Assembly (NCBI GenBank): GCA_963777505.1
Contig: CAVZQN010000005.1
Coordinates: 32,001-96,000 of the forward strand
DNA: 64,000 bases
DNA from: an uncultured bacterium
GTDB taxonomy: Bacteria > Acidobacteriota > HRBIN11 > JAKEFK01
Direction of reading: 5' to 3'
Part shown: in pieces, positions 10,572-20,218 of the stretch
Numbering within the stretch: position 1 is the stretch's first letter
How the letters are laid out: each line of letters starts with the position of its first letter
Translations under genes and position numbers: made by a program
Notes under the pieces: model-generated
Seen by the model: the letters and a program-made list of their open reading frames with translations, nothing else
Told to the model about the DNA's origin: nothing
Databases searched by the model: none

Positions 10572-13500
10572 TCAAGCGCCCTGGTGCTGCCCATCAATCT
10601 GTAATGCTTCGCTTTGAATTTCTTCATTCTCCGCTATTTTTGTGTGATGTGCAGCAATCAAAGAATAGAAAACTGGCACTACGAATAAAGTAAAAATCGT
10701 GCCCAGAGTCATTCCCGAGACAAGAACGGTTCCGATACTGTTCCGAGCTTCGGCTCCAGGACCTGATACAAGTACGAGTGGAAGATGCCCGAAGACAGTG
10801 GCGGCTGACGTCATCAGTACCGGCCGAAGCCGTGTTAATGCAGCTTCGCGCAAAGCAACTTCTTTTGGAGCCCCGTTGGTTTGCAGGGTATTAGCGAACT
10901 GAACGATCAGGATACCGTTCTTAGCAATCAAACCGACAAGTGTGATGAGTCCAACTTGCGAATAAATATTAATCGTAGTCAGATCAAGAAAGCTAAAGAT
11001 CAATGCTCCTGAGATTGCGAGTGGGACTGAACCTAAAAGTACAATCAAGGGATCCCGGAAACTGCTGAACTGTGCAGCAAGTACGAGATATATAAGGATA
11101 ACAGCGAAGCCTAATGTTGTTGTGAGCGCTGAACCTTCGAGCCGGATCTGACGAGACTCGCCAGCATAATCGATATCAATGCCTGATCCAGCTGCGATAG
11201 CAGCTTTTTCCAGAACTTGAAGTCCTTCTTCTTTAGTAACGCCTGGTTGGACACCGCCAAAAACGCGTACAGCATTTCGCTGCTGAAAACGATTTAATGC
11301 GCGAGGGGCTGTACTTGTTTCAATGCTCGTAAATGTTGATACAGGCACCAACTGTCCATCTGGTGTTTTGATTTTCAGATCAAGAAGCGGACCTAGAGTC
11401 GTACGATTTTCATCTCCGATTTGAGGAATGACTTTATAGCTGCGATCGTAAAAATTAAATCGATTTACATATGCTCCGCCTAACAATGTACCCAGTTCAC
11501 GCCCAACACCTGCCAAATCTAATCCAAGATCGGCAATCTTTTCGCGATCAATTAAGACACGAGCTTCAGGTAGATCAATTTTCAAATCCGTATCAACGTA
11601 TAAAAATTTTCCACTCTGCCAGCCGGCCGCAAGAACTGAGTTTGCAGTTTCAAGCATTTCTTCGGATGAGGCATCACTCTGCAAAACAAGTTCGACATCA
11701 TACTGTCCTGGAGTAGGCAATGGAGGATCAAGCCGCGGAAAAACACGTAAACCCGGAGATTGCGAAACGGTGCCAAACACTTCTCCATACATTTCTTCAG
11801 TTGATCGCGGTCGTTCCTTCCAATCCTTCGTGACCATACCACCGAAACCACCCCATGCGGCAGTCAGCGACCACATAAAGTCAGCTTCTTTGAACGATGT
11901 GATTTTATTTATTACGTCCAATGATTCTTTGTTTGTTGCAGCAAGTGTGGAATCAGGTGAAGCTTCCATGAAGAGACTGATATGGCTTTGATCTTCTACC
12001 GGTGCAAGCTCTTTACGCGAGAATTGATACAACGGCCACGCTGCAATCATGATTAACAACGAGGCAACAACAATTGCCCATCGCATCTTGAGTGCGCCGT
12101 CAAGCAATCGTGCGTAACCAAAACGGATTAAATCAAAAACATGATTCACGAATGAGGTGAGTCGTCCTTCTTTTCCGCGTGAATGAACGAAACGTGAGCT
12201 CATCACCGGAGAAAGTGTAACGGCTACAATACCGGAGACAATGACGGCTGCTGCAAGTGTGATTGCAAATTCCAAAAACAACGATCCGGTTAATCCGCCT
12301 TGAAATCCGATTGGTGTATACACGGCTGCAAGCGTGATTGTCATTGCAATGATGGGACCAACAAGTTCACGCGCGCCAATCAAAGCTGCGTCAATACGGC
12401 GTTTTCCAAGACGTACATGGCGTTCAACATTTTCAACAACAACGATTGCATCATCTACGACAAGACCGACGGACAGTACGATTGCTAAAATTGTAAGAAG
12501 ATTCAGACTGAAACCGAATGCGACCATCACAATTGCAGCGCCTACAAGTGATATCGGCATCGCAACAAGAGGAACGAGTGCTGTGCGGATTGATCCCATA
12601 AATAAAAACACTGCAATACCCACAATGAGAATGGTTTCAAGAAGCGTCTTTGTAATTTCTTTTAATGCGTCTTCCATGAACATCGTTCCATCCCAAACAA
12701 GACGCATATCGACGTCTTTGGGTAACGTAGGCCGGATCCGTTCCATTTCATCACGGAGCCGGTGTGCAACTTCGATTTCATTCACACCAGCAAGCGGCCA
12801 TACTCCGAGATACACTCCCTCTTTCTCGCTGACTTTCGCAACAAAACTTCCTTCTTCGGCTCCAAGCTCAACTCGCGCAACATCAGTGAGGCGAACAATC
12901 GCACCGTTACGATCTGCAACGATTAACTTTGCGAATTCATCAACAGAACGCAGATCCGTATTTGCAAGCAAGTTGACTTGCACAAGGTTTCCTTTCGTTT
13001 GACCAACAGCAGCAAGATAATTGTTGCGTTGCAATGCTGCGTGAACATCGCCAGGTGAAAGGTTCAGCGCTGCAAGACGATCCGGATCGATCCAAACGCG
13101 CATCGCGATCTGCCGTCCACCTTCGATCGTCACACGTTGCACGCCTGTGAGTGTCGCAAGTTGCGGTTGAAGTGTACGTAACAGCCAGTCGGTGATTGCC
13201 GGAACATCTCGTTCTGTGGATGTGAAGCTAATATAAAAAGTTGCATAAGGCCGGTCAGAACGTTGGACTTCAACAATCGGCGGCTCGGCTTCTGCTGGAA
13301 GTTCAGCACGCACCTCTTGAAGCCGTGCATTAATTTCCGCTAACGCTGCAGTGCTGCTGTGATTCAATTTTAATCGGACAGTAATCGTGCTGATGCCGGC
13401 TCGGCTTGTGGACTCGATGTAGTCCACGCCGCTGATTGCTGAAACAACACGTTCGATCGGTGTCGTTAAGAAGCCACGAACTGTCTCAGCACTCGCACCG

Positions 13501-13658
13501 TAATAAACAGTCGTGATGATGACTGAAGAACTTTCGATCGTTGGATATTGTTGAACTGGTAAGGTCGATATCGCGCGCCAACCAACGAGCAAAATCACAA
13601 GGTTGACTACAATTGCAATGACTGGATGCTTTATGAAGGTATCTGTAAATGAGCGCAT
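10572..13658 (-). CDS. RND efflux permease (AcrB/AcrD/AcrF family)
   Basis: GLVVDDAIVVVENVER, GLIAKNGILIV, RLRPVLMT; 1028 aa. Confidence 0.96.
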   Translation of the reverse strand: MRSFTDTFIKHPVIAIVVNLVILLVGWRAISTLPVQQYPTIESSSVIITTVYYGASAETVRGFLTTPIERVVSAISGVDYIESTSRAGISTITVRLKLNHSSTAALAEINARLQEVRAELPAEAEPPIVEVQRSDRPYATFYISFTSTERDVPAITDWLLRTLQPQLATLTGVQRVTIEGGRQIAMRVWIDPDRLAALNLSPGDVHAALQRNNYLAAVGQTKGNLVQVNLLANTDLRSVDEFAKLIVADRNGAIVRLTDVARVELGAEEGSFVAKVSEKEGVYLGVWPLAGVNEIEVAHRLRDEMERIRPTLPKDVDMRLVWDGTMFMEDALKEITKTLLETILIVGIAVFLFMGSIRTALVPLVAMPISLVGAAIVMVAFGFSLNLLTILAIVLSVGLVVDDAIVVVENVERHVRLGKRRIDAALIGARELVGPIIAMTITLAAVYTPIGFQGGLTGSLFLEFAITLAAAVIVSGIVAVTLSPVMSSRFVHSRGKEGRLTSFVNHVFDLIRFGYARLLDGALKMRWAIVVASLLIMIAAWPLYQFSRKELAPVEDQSHISLFMEASPDSTLAATNKESLDVINKITSFKEADFMWSLTAAWGGFGGMVTKDWKERPRSTEEMYGEVFGTVSQSPGLRVFPRLDPPLPTPGQYDVELVLQSDASSEEMLETANSVLAAGWQSGKFLYVDTDLKIDLPEARVLIDREKIADLGLDLAGVGRELGTLLGGAYVNRFNFYDRSYKVIPQIGDENRTTLGPLLDLKIKTPDGQLVPVSTFTSIETSTAPRALNRFQQRNAVRVFGGVQPGVTKEEGLQVLEKAAIAAGSGIDIDYAGESRQIRLEGSALTTTLGFAVILIYLVLAAQFSSFRDPLIVLLGSVPLAISGALIFSFLDLTTINIYSQVGLITLVGLIAKNGILIVQFANTLQTNGAPKEVALREAALTRLRPVLMTSAATVFGHLPLVLVSGPGAEARNSIGTVLVSGMTLGTIFTLFVVPVFYSLIAAHHTKIAENEEIQSEALQIDGQHQGA

Positions 13659-13705
13659 ACTGAAATCCTTGTTGTGTGACTATGATTTCCTCTTAGTGTC
13701 CATTG

Positions 13706-14812
13706 TTATTGACTTCCATTTGATTCACCGGGATCGTTCGTTAATGCTACCAGCGCTGCTTCACGCAATTTAAAGGAGCCGGACGCAGCAACGTAGTCTC
13801 CGGCAGATAATCCTTTGAGTATTAGAACTTCATCGCCCAGCATCGCTCCGCTTACAACTTGACGTATGTGTGCACGTTTCTTGCCGTCCTTTTCGGATTG
13901 AATGACAAACACATGGTCTCCGTCAGGACCTTTCCGCAGCGAACTCACAGGAATTGAAACAGCTGTTAGCTGTTGTCCAACTGAAACTTGAACGCGCACT
14001 GAAGCACCAGGTGCTGGGGCGTCCTCTGCATTTGCAATCTTCGCGCGGACTGTCGCATTGCGTGTTGTTGGATCCACACGTGAATCAATTGCAACGATTG
14101 AAGCCGAAGTAGCAGGGGAGTTGGCTGCAGAAAATATTTGGACTGCATCTCCGTGGCGTAAGGTTGCAGCGACCTGCTGTGCAACCGCAAAATCAACATG
14201 AACAGCTTCATCCACACCTTGAAGCGTGGTCAGCTGAGTTCCTTCAACGAGATATTGACCTGGATGAACATCAGAGATTCCAACGCGCGAACGGAAGGGT
14301 GCACGAATGATTTTTCGATCGATTACAGCTTTCGTGCGTTCCACTTGGGCTTTTGCAACATCAAGCTCAGCACGGGCTCGATCAAGATCAGTTTTTGAAA
14401 TTGCACGGCTCTCACCAACAGCTTCGATCCGTTGAAGTAATGTTTCTGCGAGTGATGCACGCGCTACTTGCTCACTCAACTCTGCTTGTTCAACAGATAC
14501 ATCCAGTGTAACAAGCACTGTTCCTGCTTCCACAACGCGGCCGGAAGCAAGATTCACTTGTCGAACTGTGCCAGGAACTTCATTTTGTAACGTAATGGAT
14601 CGAAGTGCTATGATCGTCCCGATTGATGTTGTCGTTTGTGTATGTTTTCGATTTTTTGCAATGGCAACAGTTGCAGTTTCCATCGGTTCAGGCAATTTGG
14701 CTGATGCTGCGCTCGCTTCTTGAATCGATTTGTACTTCCAGGACGCCAGGCCGAAACCAATACCAATAACTACGATCAGCAAAGAAAATCCTATTAAACG
14801 ATGAATGCTCAT
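13706..14812 (-). CDS. RND efflux periplasmic adaptor (MFP)
   Basis: IRAPF motif, N-terminal TM; directly upstream of the permease. Confidence 0.93.
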   Translation of the reverse strand: MSIHRLIGFSLLIVVIGIGFGLASWKYKSIQEASAASAKLPEPMETATVAIAKNRKHTQTTTSIGTIIALRSITLQNEVPGTVRQVNLASGRVVEAGTVLVTLDVSVEQAELSEQVARASLAETLLQRIEAVGESRAISKTDLDRARAELDVAKAQVERTKAVIDRKIIRAPFRSRVGISDVHPGQYLVEGTQLTTLQGVDEAVHVDFAVAQQVAATLRHGDAVQIFSAANSPATSASIVAIDSRVDPTTRNATVRAKIANAEDAPAPGASVRVQVSVGQQLTAVSIPVSSLRKGPDGDHVFVIQSEKDGKKRAHIRQVVSGAMLGDEVLILKGLSAGDYVAASGSFKLREAALVALTNDPGESNGSQ

Positions 14813-15432
14813 ACGCTGCGCCCTCCTGCGCGTCTCTTCTTTTGAACTTTGCCTTTGCGTTTGGATAGTTTCTGTGTGCGAAGGTAACTCGCTAATATAT
14901 TTTCTATAGCAATATGCACACGATCAAGAAGCTCTTTCTCAACTTTAGCCAAACCCAGAACCCAGTACAGCCATAAACCATCGATCGCTGCAGCAATCAT
15001 TTCGCCAACTCCGGGGGGAAGTCCATCTTTTTTTATCAGCTGATTGAGATCGTTATACGCTTCGCGCATTGGCTGGATTAAGGAAGGATTTTGTGCGAGT
15101 GCTGAAAACACCGCAGAAGAGCCCTGCCGGACTTGTTCACTCCAACCTTCAGACAGACAATGACTCAACAATGCCCGTGACATTCTTCCGGGTCCTTCCG
15201 GTGTGTTTCTATAACGTTCCATATAACAATTCCGCCAATTATCTGCAGAACGTTGGACCATCGCTTCTATAAGCAGGTCTTTGGAAGGGAAATGATGCAA
15301 TAATCCGCCTTTACTCATCCCAGCTTCAGCAGCGACAGCATCGAGAGTTAAGTTGCCAATTCCCTGACGCACAACTGCCGCTTCCGCAGCGTCCAACAGC
15401 TTGTCTTTTAAATTAGTTTTCAAAATAGCCAT
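14809..15432 (-). CDS. TetR/AcrR family regulator
   Basis: LTLDAVAAEAGMSKGGLLHHFPSK helix-turn-helix. Confidence 0.93.
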   Translation of the reverse strand: MAILKTNLKDKLLDAAEAAVVRQGIGNLTLDAVAAEAGMSKGGLLHHFPSKDLLIEAMVQRSADNWRNCYMERYRNTPEGPGRMSRALLSHCLSEGWSEQVRQGSSAVFSALAQNPSLIQPMREAYNDLNQLIKKDGLPPGVGEMIAAAIDGLWLYWVLGLAKVEKELLDRVHIAIENILASYLRTQKLSKRKGKVQKKRRAGGRSV

Positions 15433-15440
15433 AAACAAGG

Positions 15441-15483
15441 AATTTACCGTCCGGACGGTCGGTTGTCAACCGTCTGGACGGTT
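15441..15483 (-). promoter_or_regulatory. Sigma70-like promoter overlapped by two probable TetR operators
   Basis: Minus-strand TTGACA-N17-TAAATT; palindromes ACCGTCCGGACGGT (15446-15459) and AACCGTCTGGACGGTT (15468-15483). Confidence 0.75.
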
Positions 15484-15511
15484 TTTCTATGTTATTTTCT
15501 ATATTCTTGAA

Positions 15512-15540
15512 TAGTCGAATTTCAATCACGAAATTCGACA
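15512..15540 (-). promoter_or_regulatory. ECF42-type promoter motif TGTCGA-N17-CGACTA (also an inverted repeat)
   Basis: Same hexamers and spacing as the copies at 26468, 31021 and 33952. Confidence 0.5.
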
Positions 15541-15641
15541 AATATCATGATGTAAAATCTTTGTAAACGACAATTGCGTGCTCAATCTTTTGTTTTTTAT
15601 TATTATATTTTCGTTCTAGCAGTGTTTAGAAGGTTAACGGA

Positions 15642-17945
15642 ATGCCTATAGAAAAAGGTACCTTATTAGGGCCCTACGAAATCTCCTCCTTTATTGGTGG
15701 AGGTGGGATGGGAGACGTCTATCGAGCGATCGATACCCGCCTTGGAAGAGATGTTGCGCTAAAAGTTTTATCGAAACATCTTGCTGAAGACATAAAATTT
15801 GTTGATCGTTTTGAAAAAGAAACTCGCGCACTAGCAGCGCTGTCGCATCAAAACATTCTTTCAATATTTGATGTCGGAAAAGATCAGGATTCTATTTTTG
15901 CGGTAATGGAGTTGCTTGATGGCATGACGCTGCGAGCGCGGATGAATCAAGGCGCACTTGGCTGGGAAAAAGCTCTGGAGATCGCCGTTGAAATCGCCTA
16001 TGGTTTGGTAGCGGCTCATTCAAAAGGAATTGTTCACAGAGATCTGAAGCCGGAAAATATTTATCTGATCACCGATGATCGTGTAAAAATTCTGGATTTC
16101 GGTCTGGCTCAGCTTAGACTTGAAGCGTTTTCTGACGCGGTCTCTCAGTTAAGAACGATCGCGGATGATACAAAACCTGGAATGCTCCTGGGTACGGTTG
16201 GATATATGTCTCCTGAGCAGATAAAAGGTATTGAAGTCGATGCGACTTCAGACATCTTTTCATTTGGCAGTCTTTTTCATGAGATGTTAACAGGGAAGCC
16301 TCCTTTCTTGCGGAATACTCCAGTGGAAACGTTCGCAGCAATTCTTCACGATTCAACGCCAGATCTTGGTACAAATAGTGGTCCGGTGCCAGTAGAGCTT
16401 CAACGTATCATCATGTTCTGCTTAGAAAAAAATCCAGCAGATCGGTTTCAATCAGCGAAAGATCTTTATCTTGCTCTGAAAACAGTTCCACGATCGCCCA
16501 GTCTTCTAACCTCTAACTTTCCGGAATTTGATTTGGTGAAAACCAAACGGCGCCGTTCGAAAAAAAGTGTGGATTCTTTGGCTGTACTTCCATTTTCGAC
16601 AGAGGGATCCAAGCCTGAAATGGAATATCTGGGTGGTGTTGCAGAGACAATTATTAATGCTCTTTCTCAAATTCCAAAGCTCCGAGTTATGGCCTACAGC
16701 ACTGTGTTGCGTTATGCCGGGACGAACGTGGAACCATTGCGGGCAGGAAGAGAATTGAATGTTCGAGCGGTACTAAATGGAAGAGCTGTTAAGCGTGATG
16801 ATGCAGTGGAACTGCAAGTCGAATTAATCGATGTCACGGATGGCGCTTTGCTGTGGGGAGAACATTACAGTGCAGATTTATGCGAAGTTTGTAATCTCGA
16901 AGAAGAAATTGCGAAACAAATCTCGGATAAATTGAAAATTCAGCTCACGCGTTCCGAAGAAAAACGCATGAACCGCAAAATGACTTCAAATAGGAAAGCC
17001 TATGATCTCTATCTGAAAGGAAGATTTTTTTGGAATAAGAGAACGGAAGAAGGGCTCCGGATGGCAAAGGATTATTTTGAACAAGCGATTCTTGAAGATT
17101 CTAATTTTGCATTGGCCTATTCCGGATTGGCTGATAGTTTTTGGATTCTTGGAAGCTATGGCTTTCTGCCGCCGAAGGATTCGTATCCATTAGCAAAACA
17201 ATATGCTTTGCGTGCGTTGGATTTGGAGCCAGGGCTTGCGGAAGCACATTGTTCGCTTGCTGAGTTTTTATTCCGTTACGATTGGAATTTTGTAGAAGCG
17301 GAAAAAGAGTTTGAAATCTCTTTGAAATTAAATCCTGGATATGCAACGGCTCATCACTGGTATGCAGTTTTATTAGCAACTCTTGGAAAATTTCAACAGG
17401 CAGTGGATGAAGTTCATAAAGCCAGGGATCTCGATCCCTTTTCACCGGTGGTTCACTGGACTATGGGTTACATTTATCATTACGCACGTCAATATGATAA
17501 AGCGATTGAACAGTATAGATACACAACGCTTTTAGATCCTTCTTTCATTCGTCCCTCAGTGGATATGGCGCTGGCATTCATAAAAAAATCAATGTTTCAG
17601 GAAGCTCTAGTCGAAATGGATAAATTAATTGCTGCAAAGATTACAACTCCATCGGTACTTGCGACAATTGGTTATACAAATGCAATGGCAGGACGCACTG
17701 AAGAGGCCGAAAAAATTCTTGAAGATTTAAAGAATCCTAATCGATTGCCTTATCGTTCAAACTACAGCGTTGCCGTTGTGTATGTTGGCTTAGGAAGAGT
17801 GGAAGACGCGATTGATTGGCTGGAACGTGCTTACAATGATCGAGAGGATGCAATGACCAGCATTAAGGTGAATCCCCGGCTTGATCCTTTGCGATCCAAC
17901 CCCCGTTTTGAAAGTCTGATGCAGCGAATGAATTTTCCGCAATAG
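15642..17945 (+). CDS. Hanks-type Ser/Thr protein kinase with TolB-like and TPR domains
   Basis: GGGGMGDVY, VALK, HRDLKPEN and DFGLA; SLAVLPF; TPR tail. Confidence 0.95.
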   Translation: MPIEKGTLLGPYEISSFIGGGGMGDVYRAIDTRLGRDVALKVLSKHLAEDIKFVDRFEKETRALAALSHQNILSIFDVGKDQDSIFAVMELLDGMTLRARMNQGALGWEKALEIAVEIAYGLVAAHSKGIVHRDLKPENIYLITDDRVKILDFGLAQLRLEAFSDAVSQLRTIADDTKPGMLLGTVGYMSPEQIKGIEVDATSDIFSFGSLFHEMLTGKPPFLRNTPVETFAAILHDSTPDLGTNSGPVPVELQRIIMFCLEKNPADRFQSAKDLYLALKTVPRSPSLLTSNFPEFDLVKTKRRRSKKSVDSLAVLPFSTEGSKPEMEYLGGVAETIINALSQIPKLRVMAYSTVLRYAGTNVEPLRAGRELNVRAVLNGRAVKRDDAVELQVELIDVTDGALLWGEHYSADLCEVCNLEEEIAKQISDKLKIQLTRSEEKRMNRKMTSNRKAYDLYLKGRFFWNKRTEEGLRMAKDYFEQAILEDSNFALAYSGLADSFWILGSYGFLPPKDSYPLAKQYALRALDLEPGLAEAHCSLAEFLFRYDWNFVEAEKEFEISLKLNPGYATAHHWYAVLLATLGKFQQAVDEVHKARDLDPFSPVVHWTMGYIYHYARQYDKAIEQYRYTTLLDPSFIRPSVDMALAFIKKSMFQEALVEMDKLIAAKITTPSVLATIGYTNAMAGRTEEAEKILEDLKNPNRLPYRSNYSVAVVYVGLGRVEDAIDWLERAYNDREDAMTSIKVNPRLDPLRSNPRFESLMQRMNFPQ

Positions 17946-18000
17946 AAGGATTAACTGAGTGGTTCCGCGAAGCGGTAATCGATTACTTCGACGTCTACAC

Positions 18001-18981
18001 CTATATTGCTGAAGCGGACGTTTTTCGTTTTCGCCATTCGGCAGGGGAGACGCCGACAAATTTTTTAAATGCGCGGCTGAACGCAGCTTCCGAATCATAC
18101 CCAGCTTCATCAGCTACTTGCGCAATTTTGGAAGAGCCACGAGCGAGCAATCCAGATGCGATCTGCATCCGCCAATGAGTTAGATATTGCATGGGAGGCT
18201 GTCCAACAAGATGCATAAATCGTTCTGCGAGTACTGACCGCGAGATTCCTACTTCATGTGCTAATTCTTCCAAACCCCAGCCATGCGTTGGACGTTCGTG
18301 CAATAAACCAAGTGCTTGTCCTATGAAAGGATCGCGTAATCCGGCTAACCAACCTGTCTGTTCCGCCGGCAACGAATCCAAATAAATTCGCACTACTTCA
18401 ACAAACAGAAGTTCACTCAACTGCGCCAGAACAGCTTCTCCACCTGCTCTTTTTTCTTTGGACTCCATCGCAGCATAATGTGTGAAATTATTCAGCCATA
18501 CTGCTTTCGGCTCGGTACTGGCTTTCACATGCAGGACCCTGGGTAATGTGGAAAGCAGTGGATTGAACGGACGCGCATCACATCCCAGGTAACCACAAAC
18601 AAGCGTTGTCTTCGCAGATTGATTCTCTGGTCCCTCTTTCAACACAAAGGGACGTTGAGTATGCGGAGGAGTTGGATGTTCAACTTCGGGAGGTTCAATT
18701 GCAGGATCACTGGTCATAACATGCGAATCGCCGTGTGGAAACACAATCACATCGCCTGCTTCCATATGAACCGGTGGTAGTCCTTTTACAGTGCCAAAAC
18801 ATTCTCCGCGTGTAACAACATGATACGGAATTAAGTGCCCGGCGTCAGGCATAACCTGCGGTATGTACTTATGTGTCGGAGAAGTAATGGCAGACCACGG
18901 GTGAGATGCTTCGACATAAAAAAAGACTGCTCCGGTAAGCCTGACCGTTCGAAGCACGTTCGAAAGAACGTCTGTAGCCAT
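18001..18981 (-). CDS. AraC family regulator with cupin_6 domain (RclR-like)
   Basis: DVLSNVL..VRLTG; GYDSEAAFSRAFKK. Confidence 0.92.
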   Translation of the reverse strand: MATDVLSNVLRTVRLTGAVFFYVEASHPWSAITSPTHKYIPQVMPDAGHLIPYHVVTRGECFGTVKGLPPVHMEAGDVIVFPHGDSHVMTSDPAIEPPEVEHPTPPHTQRPFVLKEGPENQSAKTTLVCGYLGCDARPFNPLLSTLPRVLHVKASTEPKAVWLNNFTHYAAMESKEKRAGGEAVLAQLSELLFVEVVRIYLDSLPAEQTGWLAGLRDPFIGQALGLLHERPTHGWGLEELAHEVGISRSVLAERFMHLVGQPPMQYLTHWRMQIASGLLARGSSKIAQVADEAGYDSEAAFSRAFKKFVGVSPAEWRKRKTSASAI

Positions 18982-19047
18982 TTTTATTTTTCCTCAGTAT
19001 CTATGATCAACGATTCCGGACGTTTGATCAACCGAACATCTTCTTTA

Positions 19048-19091
19048 GGATTTCGAATCATGAAGTACGGACGCGGAATCATAGAGAGCGC
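19048..19091 (+). promoter_or_regulatory. Putative AraC binding site (GGA-N8-CAT direct repeat, 21-bp spacing)
   Basis: Similar to 20097-20140, upstream of the next gene. Confidence 0.6.
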
Positions 19092-19146
19092 GTTTGAGCA
19101 TCGTTACCATTGTTGTGTAGCAGAAAAATTCTAGGAGGAAAACAAA

Positions 19147-20058
19147 ATGTATCACAACTACACATACAGTGGAGCGTTAGCAGCATCAGAAAAGGTAAAG
19201 TGGACAATTCAAGATGTTATTGGCGAAAAAAACAAACTTGATTTCAGCAAGCCGTTTCTGCCGGAATCTCTGGCACGAGTAGAACCTCTTTCATTTCTGA
19301 CACCACAAGAGAAATTAATTTTAAATCAGATTCGCGGCCATGCCTATCTAACCTTATTCGGAACTGTGGAAGAGTTCATTCTCCCATTTGTGATGGATAA
19401 TGCACGTCCACGGCTCAATGGTGACGATACCATGGTTAGAGCACTTCTTGCGTTTGCCGGTGAAGAGGCAAAGCATATTCACCTGTTCAAGATGTTTCGC
19501 GAAGAATTCCAGAAAGGATTTGCGACATCCTGCCAGGTGATTGGCCCGCCAAGCGAGATAGCCGCAGCCGTTCTGTCACATCACCCACTGGCAGTCGCAT
19601 TGTTAACTTTGCACATCGAGTGGTTTACTCAACTTCACTACACTGATAGCGTTCGCGATACAAACAACCTGGATCCGCAGTTTAAGCGGCTGTTGAAATA
19701 TCATTGGATCGATGAGGCTCAGCATACGAAGCTGGATACACTCATGATAGAAGCGCTCGCAGAGAATTACACCAAAGAAGAAATTAGGAACGCGTTTGAA
19801 GAATATGTCGCAATGGGAGGATTCCTCGATCGCGGTTTAGTGCAGCAAGTACAGTTCGATCTGGATAGCTTTATCCGAGCAACAGGGCGGAAGTTGACTG
19901 AGGATCAAATTCAAGAATTTAATGAGGTGCAACTGCAGGCAAATCGATGGACTTACATCGGTTCGGGAATGTCTCATCCAAATTTTCTTGCAACTGTTGG
20001 ATTTCTTGATCCGGAATGGAAAGAAAAGTTAGAAAAAATGTCGCCCATCTTTTCCTAA
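19147..20058 (+). CDS. Ferritin-like diiron protein (AurF-like fold)
   Basis: VEEFI, EEAKH, HIEW and DEAQH ligand pattern; AGGAGG RBS. Confidence 0.75.
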   Translation: MYHNYTYSGALAASEKVKWTIQDVIGEKNKLDFSKPFLPESLARVEPLSFLTPQEKLILNQIRGHAYLTLFGTVEEFILPFVMDNARPRLNGDDTMVRALLAFAGEEAKHIHLFKMFREEFQKGFATSCQVIGPPSEIAAAVLSHHPLAVALLTLHIEWFTQLHYTDSVRDTNNLDPQFKRLLKYHWIDEAQHTKLDTLMIEALAENYTKEEIRNAFEEYVAMGGFLDRGLVQQVQFDLDSFIRATGRKLTEDQIQEFNEVQLQANRWTYIGSGMSHPNFLATVGFLDPEWKEKLEKMSPIFS

Positions 20059-20096
20059 GAATAGACTCGTTAGTCTGAGCAGCAAATTGCTTTTTC

Positions 20097-20140
20097 GGAC
20101 TTACAGGCATGAAATGCGGACGCTGAGTCATGGAGAGCGC
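20097..20140 (+). promoter_or_regulatory. Putative AraC binding site, second copy
   Basis: GGAC..CATGAAATGCGGACGCTGAGTCATGGAGAGCGC. Confidence 0.6.
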
Positions 20141-20218
20141 CATTGTATAGGGTTACTATTTTTGTGTTATTGAAAAAATAATGTATGTGCGATAACAACG
20201 AACAAACGAAGGTGCAAC

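Noticed and set aside
12334-13002. 222-aa plus-strand ORF
   Set aside because: Antisense shadow of the RND permease.
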